Shown piece after piece: positions 34,345 to 42,853 of a DNA stretch of 64,000 nt (the stretch's first letter is position 1; each line of letters starts with the position of its first letter). The position numbers and the translations under genes are program-made. The DNA comes from Chthoniobacterales bacterium (GTDB taxonomy: Bacteria; Verrucomicrobiota; Verrucomicrobiia; Chthoniobacterales; JAFAMB01): assembly GCA_036401335.1 (NCBI GenBank), contig DASWVC010000054.1, positions 411-64,410 on the forward strand, given 5' to 3'. The notes beneath the pieces are model-generated. The model did no database searches, was not told where the DNA came from, and saw only the letters and a list, made by a program, of their open reading frames with translations.

Positions 34345-37300
34345 ATGGCCAAGGCAGTCCATTCCCGCAAGAACGCCATCACGATTCGGGGCGCCCGTCA
34401 GAACAATTTGAAGGGCATCGACCTTGACCTTGCGTTGTACCAGATGCACGTCGTGACCGGCCCGAGCGGGAGCGGCAAATCCAGCTTGGCCTTCGACACC
34501 ATCTACGCAGAAGGCCAGCGCCGTTACGTGGAAACGTTCTCGCCGTACACACGGCAGTTTCTCGAACGCATGGATAAGCCGGCGGTTGACGAGATTTCAG
34601 GCATCCCGCCCGCGATCGCCATCGAGCAAGGGACCCGCGTCCGCACGACCCGATCCACGGTCGGGACGATGACGGAAATCAACGATTACCTGAAGCTCCT
34701 GATGGCGCGGGCAGCGTCGGCCTTTTGTCCCAGCTGCCAGCGGCAGGTTGTGCCGGAATCCGCCGAATCAATTACCACCGAAGTCTTGGCCCGGCTCGCC
34801 GATAAAACGGTCTTGGTCACCTTCGGGGTGCCCGCGCCGCCCGGGACCAGGGCAGCCGACTTTTTCGGATTCCTCCACCAGCAAGGGTTCGTGCGGGTGT
34901 TCCTGGAGGGAGACGTTAAGCGAACCGACCAACCTGAAAGCGTCAAACGCGTGCCCGGGTTGGTGCCGGTGATCCAGGACCGGCTGACGGTCGGCGAGGG
35001 TTCACGGGCGCGTCTGACCGAAGCGATCGAGGGCTCCCTGAAATACGGCAAAGGCCTGGTCAACGTGATCACCCTCGAACCCGTGGCCGATCACCGGTTT
35101 TCAGTGGGCTGGCATTGTCCGGATTGCGACCTGGACATCCGGCCACCGTCGCCTGGTCTTTTCTCGTTCAACAACCCGCTGGGAGCCTGCCCGGCCTGCC
35201 GCGGCTTTGGGCGCACCATCGGCATTGACCTCGATCGAGCCCTGCCAGACCGGTCCCGCAGCCTTGCGGAAGGTGTGGTAAAGCCGTTCCAGAGCGGCCA
35301 GATGCGCGAATGCCAGCATGACCTGCTGAATCGGGCCCGGGATCGCGGCGTCGACATCCATGCCCCGTTCAGCGGGCTGCCCGCTCCCGACCAGGAATGG
35401 GTCGTTAACGGGGATCGTCGACCGGACGTGTCGCTGGAAGAACTCTGGGAAAGCGGCGGGTGGTACGGGGTGCGCGGTTTTTTTGAGTGGATGGAGGCAC
35501 GCACCTACAAAATGCACGTGCGGGTGTTTCTGAGCCGGTACCGGGCGTACACTTTGTGTGAAACCTGCCGGGGCACCCGTTTCAAGCCGGAGACGCTTAA
35601 CTATGCCCTGGTGATTTCGGACCGGCGTTACACCCTGCCGGACCTGCAGAACCTGCCGGTGGCCGAGTTGGTTCAGACCATGCAGCAGTGCCCGCTGAAC
35701 CCTGCCGACACGAACGTCGAAATGCTTCGCGGCCAGGTCGTGACCCGGCTTCAATACCTGGTCGACGTGGGGCTGGGCTACCTTACCCTGGACCGTTCGA
35801 CGCGGTCCCTGTCCGGCGGCGAAGTGCAACGCGTTAACCTCACCACTTGCCTGGGTGCATCGCTGGTAAATACCCTTTTCGTGTTGGACGAACCGAGCGT
35901 CGGGTTGCACCCGCGAGACGTCGACCGCCTCGTTCAGGTGCTTCATGGACTGCGCAACAAGGGCAACACGCTCCTCGTCGTGGAACACGAGGAAGCCGTG
36001 ATGCGCGCGGCGGATAACCTGATCGAAATCGGTCCGGGCCGAGGTGAGCACGGCGGCAAACTGGTGTTTGAAGGTTGCGCGGACCGGTTGCATGAAGCAC
36101 CGGCCGAATCGTTGACCGCGGCCTACCTGCTCGGCCGGAAACGGATTCCTTCCGACCGGGGCCGGCGGGTGCCCAAGCAGTTTATCGAGGTGGTGGGTGC
36201 GCGCGAACACAACCTCAAGAACCTGCATGCCCGGATCCCGCTCGGGGTGTTTTGCGCGGTCACCGGGGTCTCCGGCTCCGGCAAAAGCACCCTCATCCAG
36301 AATGTGTTGTACGAGAACCTGATCCGCCTCAAGGGCCAGGCCAGCGAGGAACTCCCGGGGTTGTGCGACCGCATCACCGGCGCGCACCTGGTTGATGAGG
36401 TGATGCTCGTCGACCAGTCGCCACTCGGGCGTTCCCCGCGGTCAACCCCGGCCGTTTACATCGGCATTTTTGACCGTATCCGGGAAATGTTTGCCGCGAC
36501 CCCCGAGGCGGAAGCGGCCTCGCTGACGCCGGGCGTGTTCTCGTTTAACTCCGGCACCGGGCGATGCGACCGTTGTGCCGGCCTCGGGTACGAGAAAGTG
36601 GAGATGCAGTTCCTCAGCGACCAGTACGTGCGGTGCGCCGAATGTGAAGGCAAACGCTACCAACCGCACGTGCTTGAAGTAAAACTGGCCGGCAAAAACA
36701 TTTTTGAGATCCTTCAGCTCACGGTCACCGAAGCCATGGATTTTTTCCGGCCGCTGCCGTTCGGCGACACCGTTCAACCTCCCCTGGAGCTGCTGCGGCA
36801 AGTCGGGCTCGGCTACCTGCGGCTTGGCCAACCGGTGAACGTGTTGTCAGGCGGCGAATCGCAGCGGCTGAAGTTGGTGGGTCACCTGACGGAAAAGACC
36901 AAACAAAACCAAAATGCGCTGCTTATCTTTGATGAGCCAACCACAGGACTGCACTTTGACGACATTGCAGTTCTCCTGGAGACCTTTCACCGTTTGGTTG
37001 AGCGTGGCAACAGCCTGCTCGTGATCGAACACAACCTGGACGTGCTCCAATCGGCCGACTACCTGCTCGACCTCGGCCCGGAAGCCGGGGAACAGGGCGG
37101 CACGATGGTGGCTGCGGGCACGCCTGAAGAGGTGGCGCGGGTCGAAGCCTCGCACACCGGCCGTTTCCTGCGCGAACGGTTCAGCCGGAAGGGGCAGGTC
37201 TACCCCACGGCCCGGACCCGTCCCAAGACGACGGCCGTCTTGCCGCCCGTCATCTCCCTCCATGGCGCCCGGCATCACAACCTGAAAAACGTTTCCGTCC

Positions 37301-39858
37301 AGTTGCCGTTGGACGAGATGGTCGTTATCACCGGGCTCAGCGGTTCAGGCAAGTCGAGCCTCGCTTTCGACATTCTGTTTGCGGAAGGTCAACGCCGGTT
37401 CCTCGACAGCATGTCGGCTTACGCCCGGCAATTCGTCGAACAGCTCGAACGCCCGGAGGTCGACCATGTAGAGGGCCTGCCGCCAAGCGTGGCGATTGAA
37501 CAACGGGTTAGCCAGGGAGGCGGGAAATCAACGGTCGCAACCGTCACGGAGGTGTACCACTTTCTGCGTCTCCTGTTTGCCAAGACGGGTACCCAGTTCT
37601 GCCCGAAATGCCAGGTGCCTGTGGCCAAACAAAGCTTGGCAGCCATTACGCGGCAAACCCGCGAAATCCTGGCGGCGAAACCGGCCCTGCTCCTCGCGCC
37701 ATTGGTGAAGGCGCGCAAGGGCTACCACAAGGAAGTGGCCGCCTGGGCTGCCCGTGCGGGCTACCGTGAACTCATCATTGACCAGCGCAGGCATGCGGTG
37801 ACCAGTTTTCCGGAGCTGGAGCGCTACCGCGAACACACGATTGAGGCCGTGGTCGCCGACCTTCCGCGGGGGCAGACCGCCGACCTTCCCGCCCTGATCC
37901 GGACCGCGCTGAACCTTGGCCACGGTTCGGCGTTCCTGTTGGCCCAGGGCGGTTCGCGCACCGTCCTCAGCAGCGAGATGACCTGCCCATCCTGCGGCAC
38001 CGCGTTTGAAGAACTCGATCCGCGCCTGTTCTCGTTCAATTCACCCCATGGCTGGTGCGAAACCTGCCACGGGTTCGGCTTTATCCTGCCGTTTGCCCCG
38101 GAGGTCGACAAAGCGGAGTCGGTCCTCGAGGCGGAACTCATCCAGGAGCGTCGCAGCGATTACGTGGACCTGAGCGACGTATCCACGTGCCTTGCATGCG
38201 CCGGCAGCCGGTTGAACCCGGCAGCACGCGCAGTTCAAGTCCAGGGTTTCACGATCACCGAACTGGCGCATGCGCCCGTGAGCCACGCCCTTGATCTGGT
38301 GGGCAAGTTGCGGTTCACGGGTTCACAGAACGTGATTGCCGGCCCGATCCTGGCGGAAATCCGGCAACGGCTGCTCTTCATGGGACAGGTCGGCCTCGGG
38401 TACCTGGCCCTCGACCGCGCAGCCAAGACCCTGAGCGGCGGCGAGGCGCAGCGAATCCGGCTGGCGGCGCAGCTTGGATCCAACCTGCGCGGTGTGCTGT
38501 ACGTGCTCGACGAACCAACCATCGGCCTGCACCCGCGCGACAACGATCGGCTCCTGGCCACGCTGGACGGCCTCAAGCGAAAAGGGAATACCCTGGTGGT
38601 GGTGGAGCACGATGAAGAAACGATGCGTCGGGCCGACACGATCCTTGACCTTGGCCCGGGCGCCGGCCGTGACGGAGGACACGTGGTCGCCCTGGGCACG
38701 CTGAACGAGATCAAACGGCACCGAGGCTCGGTTACGGGCCAGTACCTGCGCAAGCCCATGGTTCACCCGGTGCACGGCAGCCGGCGTCCACTGGAACACG
38801 TCCCTTGGCTCGAGCTGAAAGGCGCACACGCGAATAACCTTAAAAACGTTGAGGTGCGCTTTCCCATCGGCCGGCTGTCGGTGATCACCGGCGTGTCGGG
38901 CTCCGGCAAAAGCACCCTGTTGCGCTCAGTGCTGCTGCCGGCAGTGACGGCGCAGCTCGCGCCGCCTCGGAAAAGGAAGGGATCACCGCCGGAAGCCAGG
39001 GTGTCCGGGGTGCAGTACCTGGGCGGGGTTTATGAGGTCGATCAATCGCCCATCGGCAAATCCTCGCGGTCGATCCCGGCAACCTACGTAAAGGTCTTCG
39101 ACGAGATCCGGAACCTGTTTGCGCAGCTCCCGGAGGCGAGGATTCGTGGCTTCAGCGCGAGCCGGTTTTCTTTTAACATGGAGGGAGGACGCTGCGACGC
39201 CTGCGGCGGCCAGGGGATGGTGAAACTGGAGATGAGTTTTCTTCCCACGAGTTTCATTCCCTGCGAAGCATGCAGCGGAAAGCGGTTTAATGCCCAGACG
39301 CTCGCGGTCCGGTACAACGAGAAAAGCATCGGAGAAATTCTTGAGCTGACCATCGCCGAGGCCGCCGCTTTTTTTCGGGCGCAGCCTAGAATTTACCAGC
39401 CGCTACAACTGTTGGTAAGCACCGGCCTGGGGTACCTCGGCCTTGGCCAACCCAGCCCGACGCTCAGTGGCGGGGAGGCCCAGCGGTTGAAATTGGTAAG
39501 TGAGCTCAAAAGGGGCGTTGGAAGGGGTATCACCGAGCGGCTCCGGCATAACCAGACGCCTAAATCGAACCTGTACCTGCTCGAAGAACCCACAATTGGC
39601 TTGCACATGGCCGACGTGCGTCTCCTGATCGACGTGCTGCACCGGCTTGTGGACGACGGCAACACGGTCATTGTCATCGAACACAACCTGGATGTGATTG
39701 CCGAGGCGGATTACCTGGTCGACATCGGCCCGGAAGCCGGCTCCGCCGGAGGCGAAGTGGTGGCGACGGGCACCCCGGAGACCGTGGCCGACCACCCGGT
39801 ATCCCGTACCGCGCCGTTCTTAAAAAAGCTGCTCGCCGGCAAGGGGGGAGGGTTGTAA
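34345..39858 (+). CDS. tandem-duplicated UvrA-like excinuclease ATPase (two UvrA modules in one polypeptide)
   Basis: 1837 aa. Four Walker A sites (34459-34482 GPSGSGKS, 36265-36288 GVSGSGKS, 37333-37356 GLSGSGKS, 38890-38913 GVSGSGKS). The UvrA N-terminus is repeated (IRGARQNNLKGIDL... and LHGARHHNLKNVSV... from about 37249). Cys4 zinc modules are present in both halves. Confidence 0.88.
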   Translation: MAKAVHSRKNAITIRGARQNNLKGIDLDLALYQMHVVTGPSGSGKSSLAFDTIYAEGQRRYVETFSPYTRQFLERMDKPAVDEISGIPPAIAIEQGTRVRTTRSTVGTMTEINDYLKLLMARAASAFCPSCQRQVVPESAESITTEVLARLADKTVLVTFGVPAPPGTRAADFFGFLHQQGFVRVFLEGDVKRTDQPESVKRVPGLVPVIQDRLTVGEGSRARLTEAIEGSLKYGKGLVNVITLEPVADHRFSVGWHCPDCDLDIRPPSPGLFSFNNPLGACPACRGFGRTIGIDLDRALPDRSRSLAEGVVKPFQSGQMRECQHDLLNRARDRGVDIHAPFSGLPAPDQEWVVNGDRRPDVSLEELWESGGWYGVRGFFEWMEARTYKMHVRVFLSRYRAYTLCETCRGTRFKPETLNYALVISDRRYTLPDLQNLPVAELVQTMQQCPLNPADTNVEMLRGQVVTRLQYLVDVGLGYLTLDRSTRSLSGGEVQRVNLTTCLGASLVNTLFVLDEPSVGLHPRDVDRLVQVLHGLRNKGNTLLVVEHEEAVMRAADNLIEIGPGRGEHGGKLVFEGCADRLHEAPAESLTAAYLLGRKRIPSDRGRRVPKQFIEVVGAREHNLKNLHARIPLGVFCAVTGVSGSGKSTLIQNVLYENLIRLKGQASEELPGLCDRITGAHLVDEVMLVDQSPLGRSPRSTPAVYIGIFDRIREMFAATPEAEAASLTPGVFSFNSGTGRCDRCAGLGYEKVEMQFLSDQYVRCAECEGKRYQPHVLEVKLAGKNIFEILQLTVTEAMDFFRPLPFGDTVQPPLELLRQVGLGYLRLGQPVNVLSGGESQRLKLVGHLTEKTKQNQNALLIFDEPTTGLHFDDIAVLLETFHRLVERGNSLLVIEHNLDVLQSADYLLDLGPEAGEQGGTMVAAGTPEEVARVEASHTGRFLRERFSRKGQVYPTARTRPKTTAVLPPVISLHGARHHNLKNVSVQLPLDEMVVITGLSGSGKSSLAFDILFAEGQRRFLDSMSAYARQFVEQLERPEVDHVEGLPPSVAIEQRVSQGGGKSTVATVTEVYHFLRLLFAKTGTQFCPKCQVPVAKQSLAAITRQTREILAAKPALLLAPLVKARKGYHKEVAAWAARAGYRELIIDQRRHAVTSFPELERYREHTIEAVVADLPRGQTADLPALIRTALNLGHGSAFLLAQGGSRTVLSSEMTCPSCGTAFEELDPRLFSFNSPHGWCETCHGFGFILPFAPEVDKAESVLEAELIQERRSDYVDLSDVSTCLACAGSRLNPAARAVQVQGFTITELAHAPVSHALDLVGKLRFTGSQNVIAGPILAEIRQRLLFMGQVGLGYLALDRAAKTLSGGEAQRIRLAAQLGSNLRGVLYVLDEPTIGLHPRDNDRLLATLDGLKRKGNTLVVVEHDEETMRRADTILDLGPGAGRDGGHVVALGTLNEIKRHRGSVTGQYLRKPMVHPVHGSRRPLEHVPWLELKGAHANNLKNVEVRFPIGRLSVITGVSGSGKSTLLRSVLLPAVTAQLAPPRKRKGSPPEARVSGVQYLGGVYEVDQSPIGKSSRSIPATYVKVFDEIRNLFAQLPEARIRGFSASRFSFNMEGGRCDACGGQGMVKLEMSFLPTSFIPCEACSGKRFNAQTLAVRYNEKSIGEILELTIAEAAAFFRAQPRIYQPLQLLVSTGLGYLGLGQPSPTLSGGEAQRLKLVSELKRGVGRGITERLRHNQTPKSNLYLLEEPTIGLHMADVRLLIDVLHRLVDDGNTVIVIEHNLDVIAEADYLVDIGPEAGSAGGEVVATGTPETVADHPVSRTAPFLKKLLAGKGGGL

Positions 39859-40042
39859 CAATTGTATGAATGGTATCAGTTGTATCAATAGGGCCATCGG
39901 TTTGCATTGTCCTAAAAACCGCTAAGCTCCAGTGACCTGCCAAACCCGGCCTTCCCGCACGCACCTCGGGAATACATTCTGGCAACGCCGCAGGTCAGCA
40001 AAATTGATACAATCGATACCATTCATACAACTGATACAATTT
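39859..40042. repeat. MITE-like inverted-repeat element with 9-bp TGTATCAAT unit arms (long copy)
   Basis: Left arm 39859-39890 and right arm 40002-40042 are about 90 percent inverse-complementary and are built of TGTATGAAT/GGTATCAGT/TGTATCAAT units. The 111-bp core has its own GACCTGC/GCAGGTC inverted repeat. The element fills the gap between two convergent stop codons almost exactly. Confidence 0.8.
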
Positions 40043-40043
40043 C

Positions 40044-40733
40044 TTAAGGCTTCAGCCTTACCTTGCCACGGTGGATCATCGCGCCGCGGTCACGGAAATA
40101 GCGCTCCAGCTCCGGCGTAAAATGCCCGTAATCCTCCGGGTTTAGCGCCAGGAAAATCTCGGCACCCGGCTTTAAAATTCGCGTCTCGAGGTCCCGAAGG
40201 AAAAACTCCCATTCCGGCGGACCCCAAACTTGATTGCTACGATGACCGTTGAAACAGATGGCAAAGGCGGTGACCAGGTCAAACTTGCGCCCCAATTCCG
40301 GGAGGGGTTCATAGGGGTTGATCCGCCAGATCACCCGCTCCACCCCGAGCAGCGCCACCATTTCTCCAAAATACACGGGCTCCGGTAAATCCAGGCCAAG
40401 GCCGCGGTGCCCAAGCTGTTGGCAAGTGAAAAGGAAGTAACCTGCACCGCTCCCGAGATCGAGAATTTCCTTGCCGGTTGCCCGGTCAAGGTGCAACTCG
40501 CGCACCTGACCGACTGCCTTTTTCAACCAGTGCTCCGCGTTTACGTATTTCGGCCAAGCCCACTTTTCCCCGGGGACTTCGTATTTGGCCCGGATCCGAT
40601 CGAGCCCTTCAAGGTCGATTTTCTTGAGTAGGGCTTCGGGTTCCAACGGATGGCGCCAGCGGTAGTAGGCGTCCATGGCACTCTCGATGAACTCACCGGT
40701 CCAAACTTTTTCCAATTTGCGAGTTAGTTGCAT
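40044..40733 (-). CDS. class I SAM-dependent methyltransferase
   Basis: 229 aa. Motif I ILDLGSGAGYF followed by an acidic LGLD block. No more specific assignment. Confidence 0.6.
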   Translation of the reverse strand: MQLTRKLEKVWTGEFIESAMDAYYRWRHPLEPEALLKKIDLEGLDRIRAKYEVPGEKWAWPKYVNAEHWLKKAVGQVRELHLDRATGKEILDLGSGAGYFLFTCQQLGHRGLGLDLPEPVYFGEMVALLGVERVIWRINPYEPLPELGRKFDLVTAFAICFNGHRSNQVWGPPEWEFFLRDLETRILKPGAEIFLALNPEDYGHFTPELERYFRDRGAMIHRGKVRLKP

Positions 40734-40807
40734 ACGGAATCGGGTCGCCTCTGCCGCTTGGCGTTGACCGCGGGCAATCTTTCACATTCCGTGACCTTGC
40801 CAAGCCG

Positions 40808-41755
40808 TCAACCTTCCGTGGGCCGGGCTTGGCGGCTTCCGTGCGGTTGCTGGAGCCAAGGCCAGAACTCCGCCCAAACGGCTCCGGGATCCAGCTCGGG
40901 AAGGCGTCGTGTGGGCGCCCGGATTACCTTAACGTCCGGGCCGCGCGGGGCCCATACCTCCGGGTTCGTCGGCCCGAACAGGGCAAAGACGGGCGTGCCG
41001 GCAGCGGCCGCCAAGTGCGAAATCCCGGAATCGTGACCCAGGAGGGCACGGCACCGGGACAGGCGGCCGGCCAGTTCCGGAAGGGGCAACCCGCGCCAGC
41101 ACTCAACTTGAAGGTCGGGCAATCGGGCCAGGAACTCGTCCGTGGCGGCAGCGTCGGCTTCTCCGCAAACCAGGGTCACCGGCTGCTCGGGCAGGACTTT
41201 CCGTAACTGGCGCACGAGGTCCGCCCAATGGCTGACGGGCCAGTTCTTTGCTCTTGCTCCGCTTCCCACGTGCAAGGCAAGGGGGTGGCGGGAGTTTTCC
41301 TGGCCGCGATCGACCGCGATCGGCAAAGTCGGCCAACCCAGCGCCACGCGACCCAACAAAGCATTTACCGGGAAGGCGAGTTGCTCCAGGGCGTGCGGTC
41401 CGCGTTCGTCAACGCGACTCGGCCCCACCACCAGCCGGCCGACACCGAGGCGGGCGAGGTTCCCGGCGACCACTTTGTCGGGATCGAAAAGGTAGCTCAG
41501 CGCCAGGTCGGCATTGCGCACGGCGTCCACCCAAGGCTGCGCCGGGAACTCCCCGCTGCGGAAAAGGCTGGTGAGGGCGCCTCCGTTCAAATCGTAAGTT
41601 GCCGTGGCAGGAAACGGATGGGCCAGGCGCGCCTGCGGCATCGTTCCAAAAAGGTAAATCTCAGCCTGCGGGTACGCGCTTCGCAGCGCCACCAGGGTCG
41701 GAAGGGTCAGCAGGAAATCACCCAGCGCGCCTCCTCGAAAGACGAGAACCTTCAA
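40808..41755 (-). CDS. glycosyltransferase family 9 (LPS heptosyltransferase-like)
   Basis: 315 aa. N-terminal KVLVFRGGALGDFLLTLP and C-terminal GHDSGISHLAAAAGTPVFALFGPTNP motifs are typical of GT9. Confidence 0.75.
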   Translation of the reverse strand: MKVLVFRGGALGDFLLTLPTLVALRSAYPQAEIYLFGTMPQARLAHPFPATATYDLNGGALTSLFRSGEFPAQPWVDAVRNADLALSYLFDPDKVVAGNLARLGVGRLVVGPSRVDERGPHALEQLAFPVNALLGRVALGWPTLPIAVDRGQENSRHPLALHVGSGARAKNWPVSHWADLVRQLRKVLPEQPVTLVCGEADAAATDEFLARLPDLQVECWRGLPLPELAGRLSRCRALLGHDSGISHLAAAAGTPVFALFGPTNPEVWAPRGPDVKVIRAPTRRLPELDPGAVWAEFWPWLQQPHGSRQARPTEG

Positions 41756-41759
41756 AGCA

Positions 41760-41948
41760 CTACTGGTTCATGCCCGGGACCGATCCCAACTGGCCCGCCT
41801 GTTCCCACTGTTCGGGCCGATTCCACGGGATCGTACTGTCCGGCTGACCAAATTGTGGTTTCTGTTCGGTGGTGTCGCCGTGCGTGCCACCCCCTTGGCA
41901 ACTCGCCAGCAACACTGCTCCCGCTAAAAGCAAAAACGCTTTTTTCAT
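41760..41948 (-). CDS. small lipoprotein, hypothetical
   Basis: 62 aa. Signal peptide with lipobox LLASC. Start overlaps the upstream stop (ATGA). Confidence 0.45.
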   Translation of the reverse strand: MKKAFLLLAGAVLLASCQGGGTHGDTTEQKPQFGQPDSTIPWNRPEQWEQAGQLGSVPGMNQ

Positions 41949-42664
41949 CGTGTACTAGGGACCACCAGGTCACCTACGGCAACCTTTGCAAAATTCTCAG
42001 GGGCCGAAGTAACAAACTCTGCCACGCAACTGTCCCTTTCCGCTGAAACGACGCGCAACTCCCGTAAACCCTGCCCGTTTCTAATCACCTCAAGGCGTGC
42101 GTTGGCCCCAATTCCCGAATCGGTGCCGAGGCTGATTGTCAAAGCCTGGGCGTCCGGATTCATGGATAAGATGCTTCCTTCAATCGGCAGGGGCAGTGCG
42201 GTCCGTGTCCCGGCGGGAATGCCGGCCGCGCTGATCCGGAGCTGATTCAGGGTGTCTTCCACCCGAACCAATCGTCCGGCCAAAGCGTTACGTTCATTTT
42301 CGGCCCGTTGCTTCTGCTCAACGTTCCGTCCGGCCTCGGCCAGGGCAGCGGTCAGGGCGCGATTCTCTTTTTCGCGCGCATCGAGTTGTTCCACGGCCTG
42401 GTTAAGCCGCGTTCGGGTGCGGGTCAGGTCGGCACTGGCCTTTTGCTGTTGATCTTGCAGCGCATTCAATTCACCGGTCTGCCGCTCGTCGTTCAGCCGC
42501 AACCGTTCACCCAGACCAGCTGCAGCCTGTTTCGCCCGCTCACTTTCCTGACGTGCCGCGGCAAGGTCCTGGGTGACCCGCGTGAGCTTCTCCCGGTTAA
42601 ACAAGCCGAGGGCGCCCGCTCCGAACGCACAGATGACAGAAACTGTGAGGAGAAACCGAAGCAT
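41945..42664 (-). CDS. membrane-anchored coiled-coil protein, hypothetical
   Basis: 239 aa. N-terminal TM helix, then about 130 aa of Q/E/R/A-rich heptad-like sequence and a C-terminal beta-rich domain. Confidence 0.5.
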   Translation of the reverse strand: MLRFLLTVSVICAFGAGALGLFNREKLTRVTQDLAAARQESERAKQAAAGLGERLRLNDERQTGELNALQDQQQKASADLTRTRTRLNQAVEQLDAREKENRALTAALAEAGRNVEQKQRAENERNALAGRLVRVEDTLNQLRISAAGIPAGTRTALPLPIEGSILSMNPDAQALTISLGTDSGIGANARLEVIRNGQGLRELRVVSAERDSCVAEFVTSAPENFAKVAVGDLVVPSTR

Positions 42665-42853
42665 CTGCTACCCTCAAAGGAAGACCTTGGCCGAACAGGG
42701 CCGCTGATAATGCGTTGCGGTGGCCAATGCAAGGGGCATTTTCTTGACCCGAGAACAAGCTGAGAGCGGCTGGCCGTTGCGCCGCGCCGGTCAAAACTTG
42801 GAAGTTGCCGTTGCAATCTCCTGGCAGGCAATCGAAATGAAAGAGGGGGGGAA

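Noticed and set aside
35101-36387. 428-aa minus-strand ORF inside the UvrA fusion gene
   Set aside because: Antisense to a coding region carrying clear UvrA motifs. The product is featureless.
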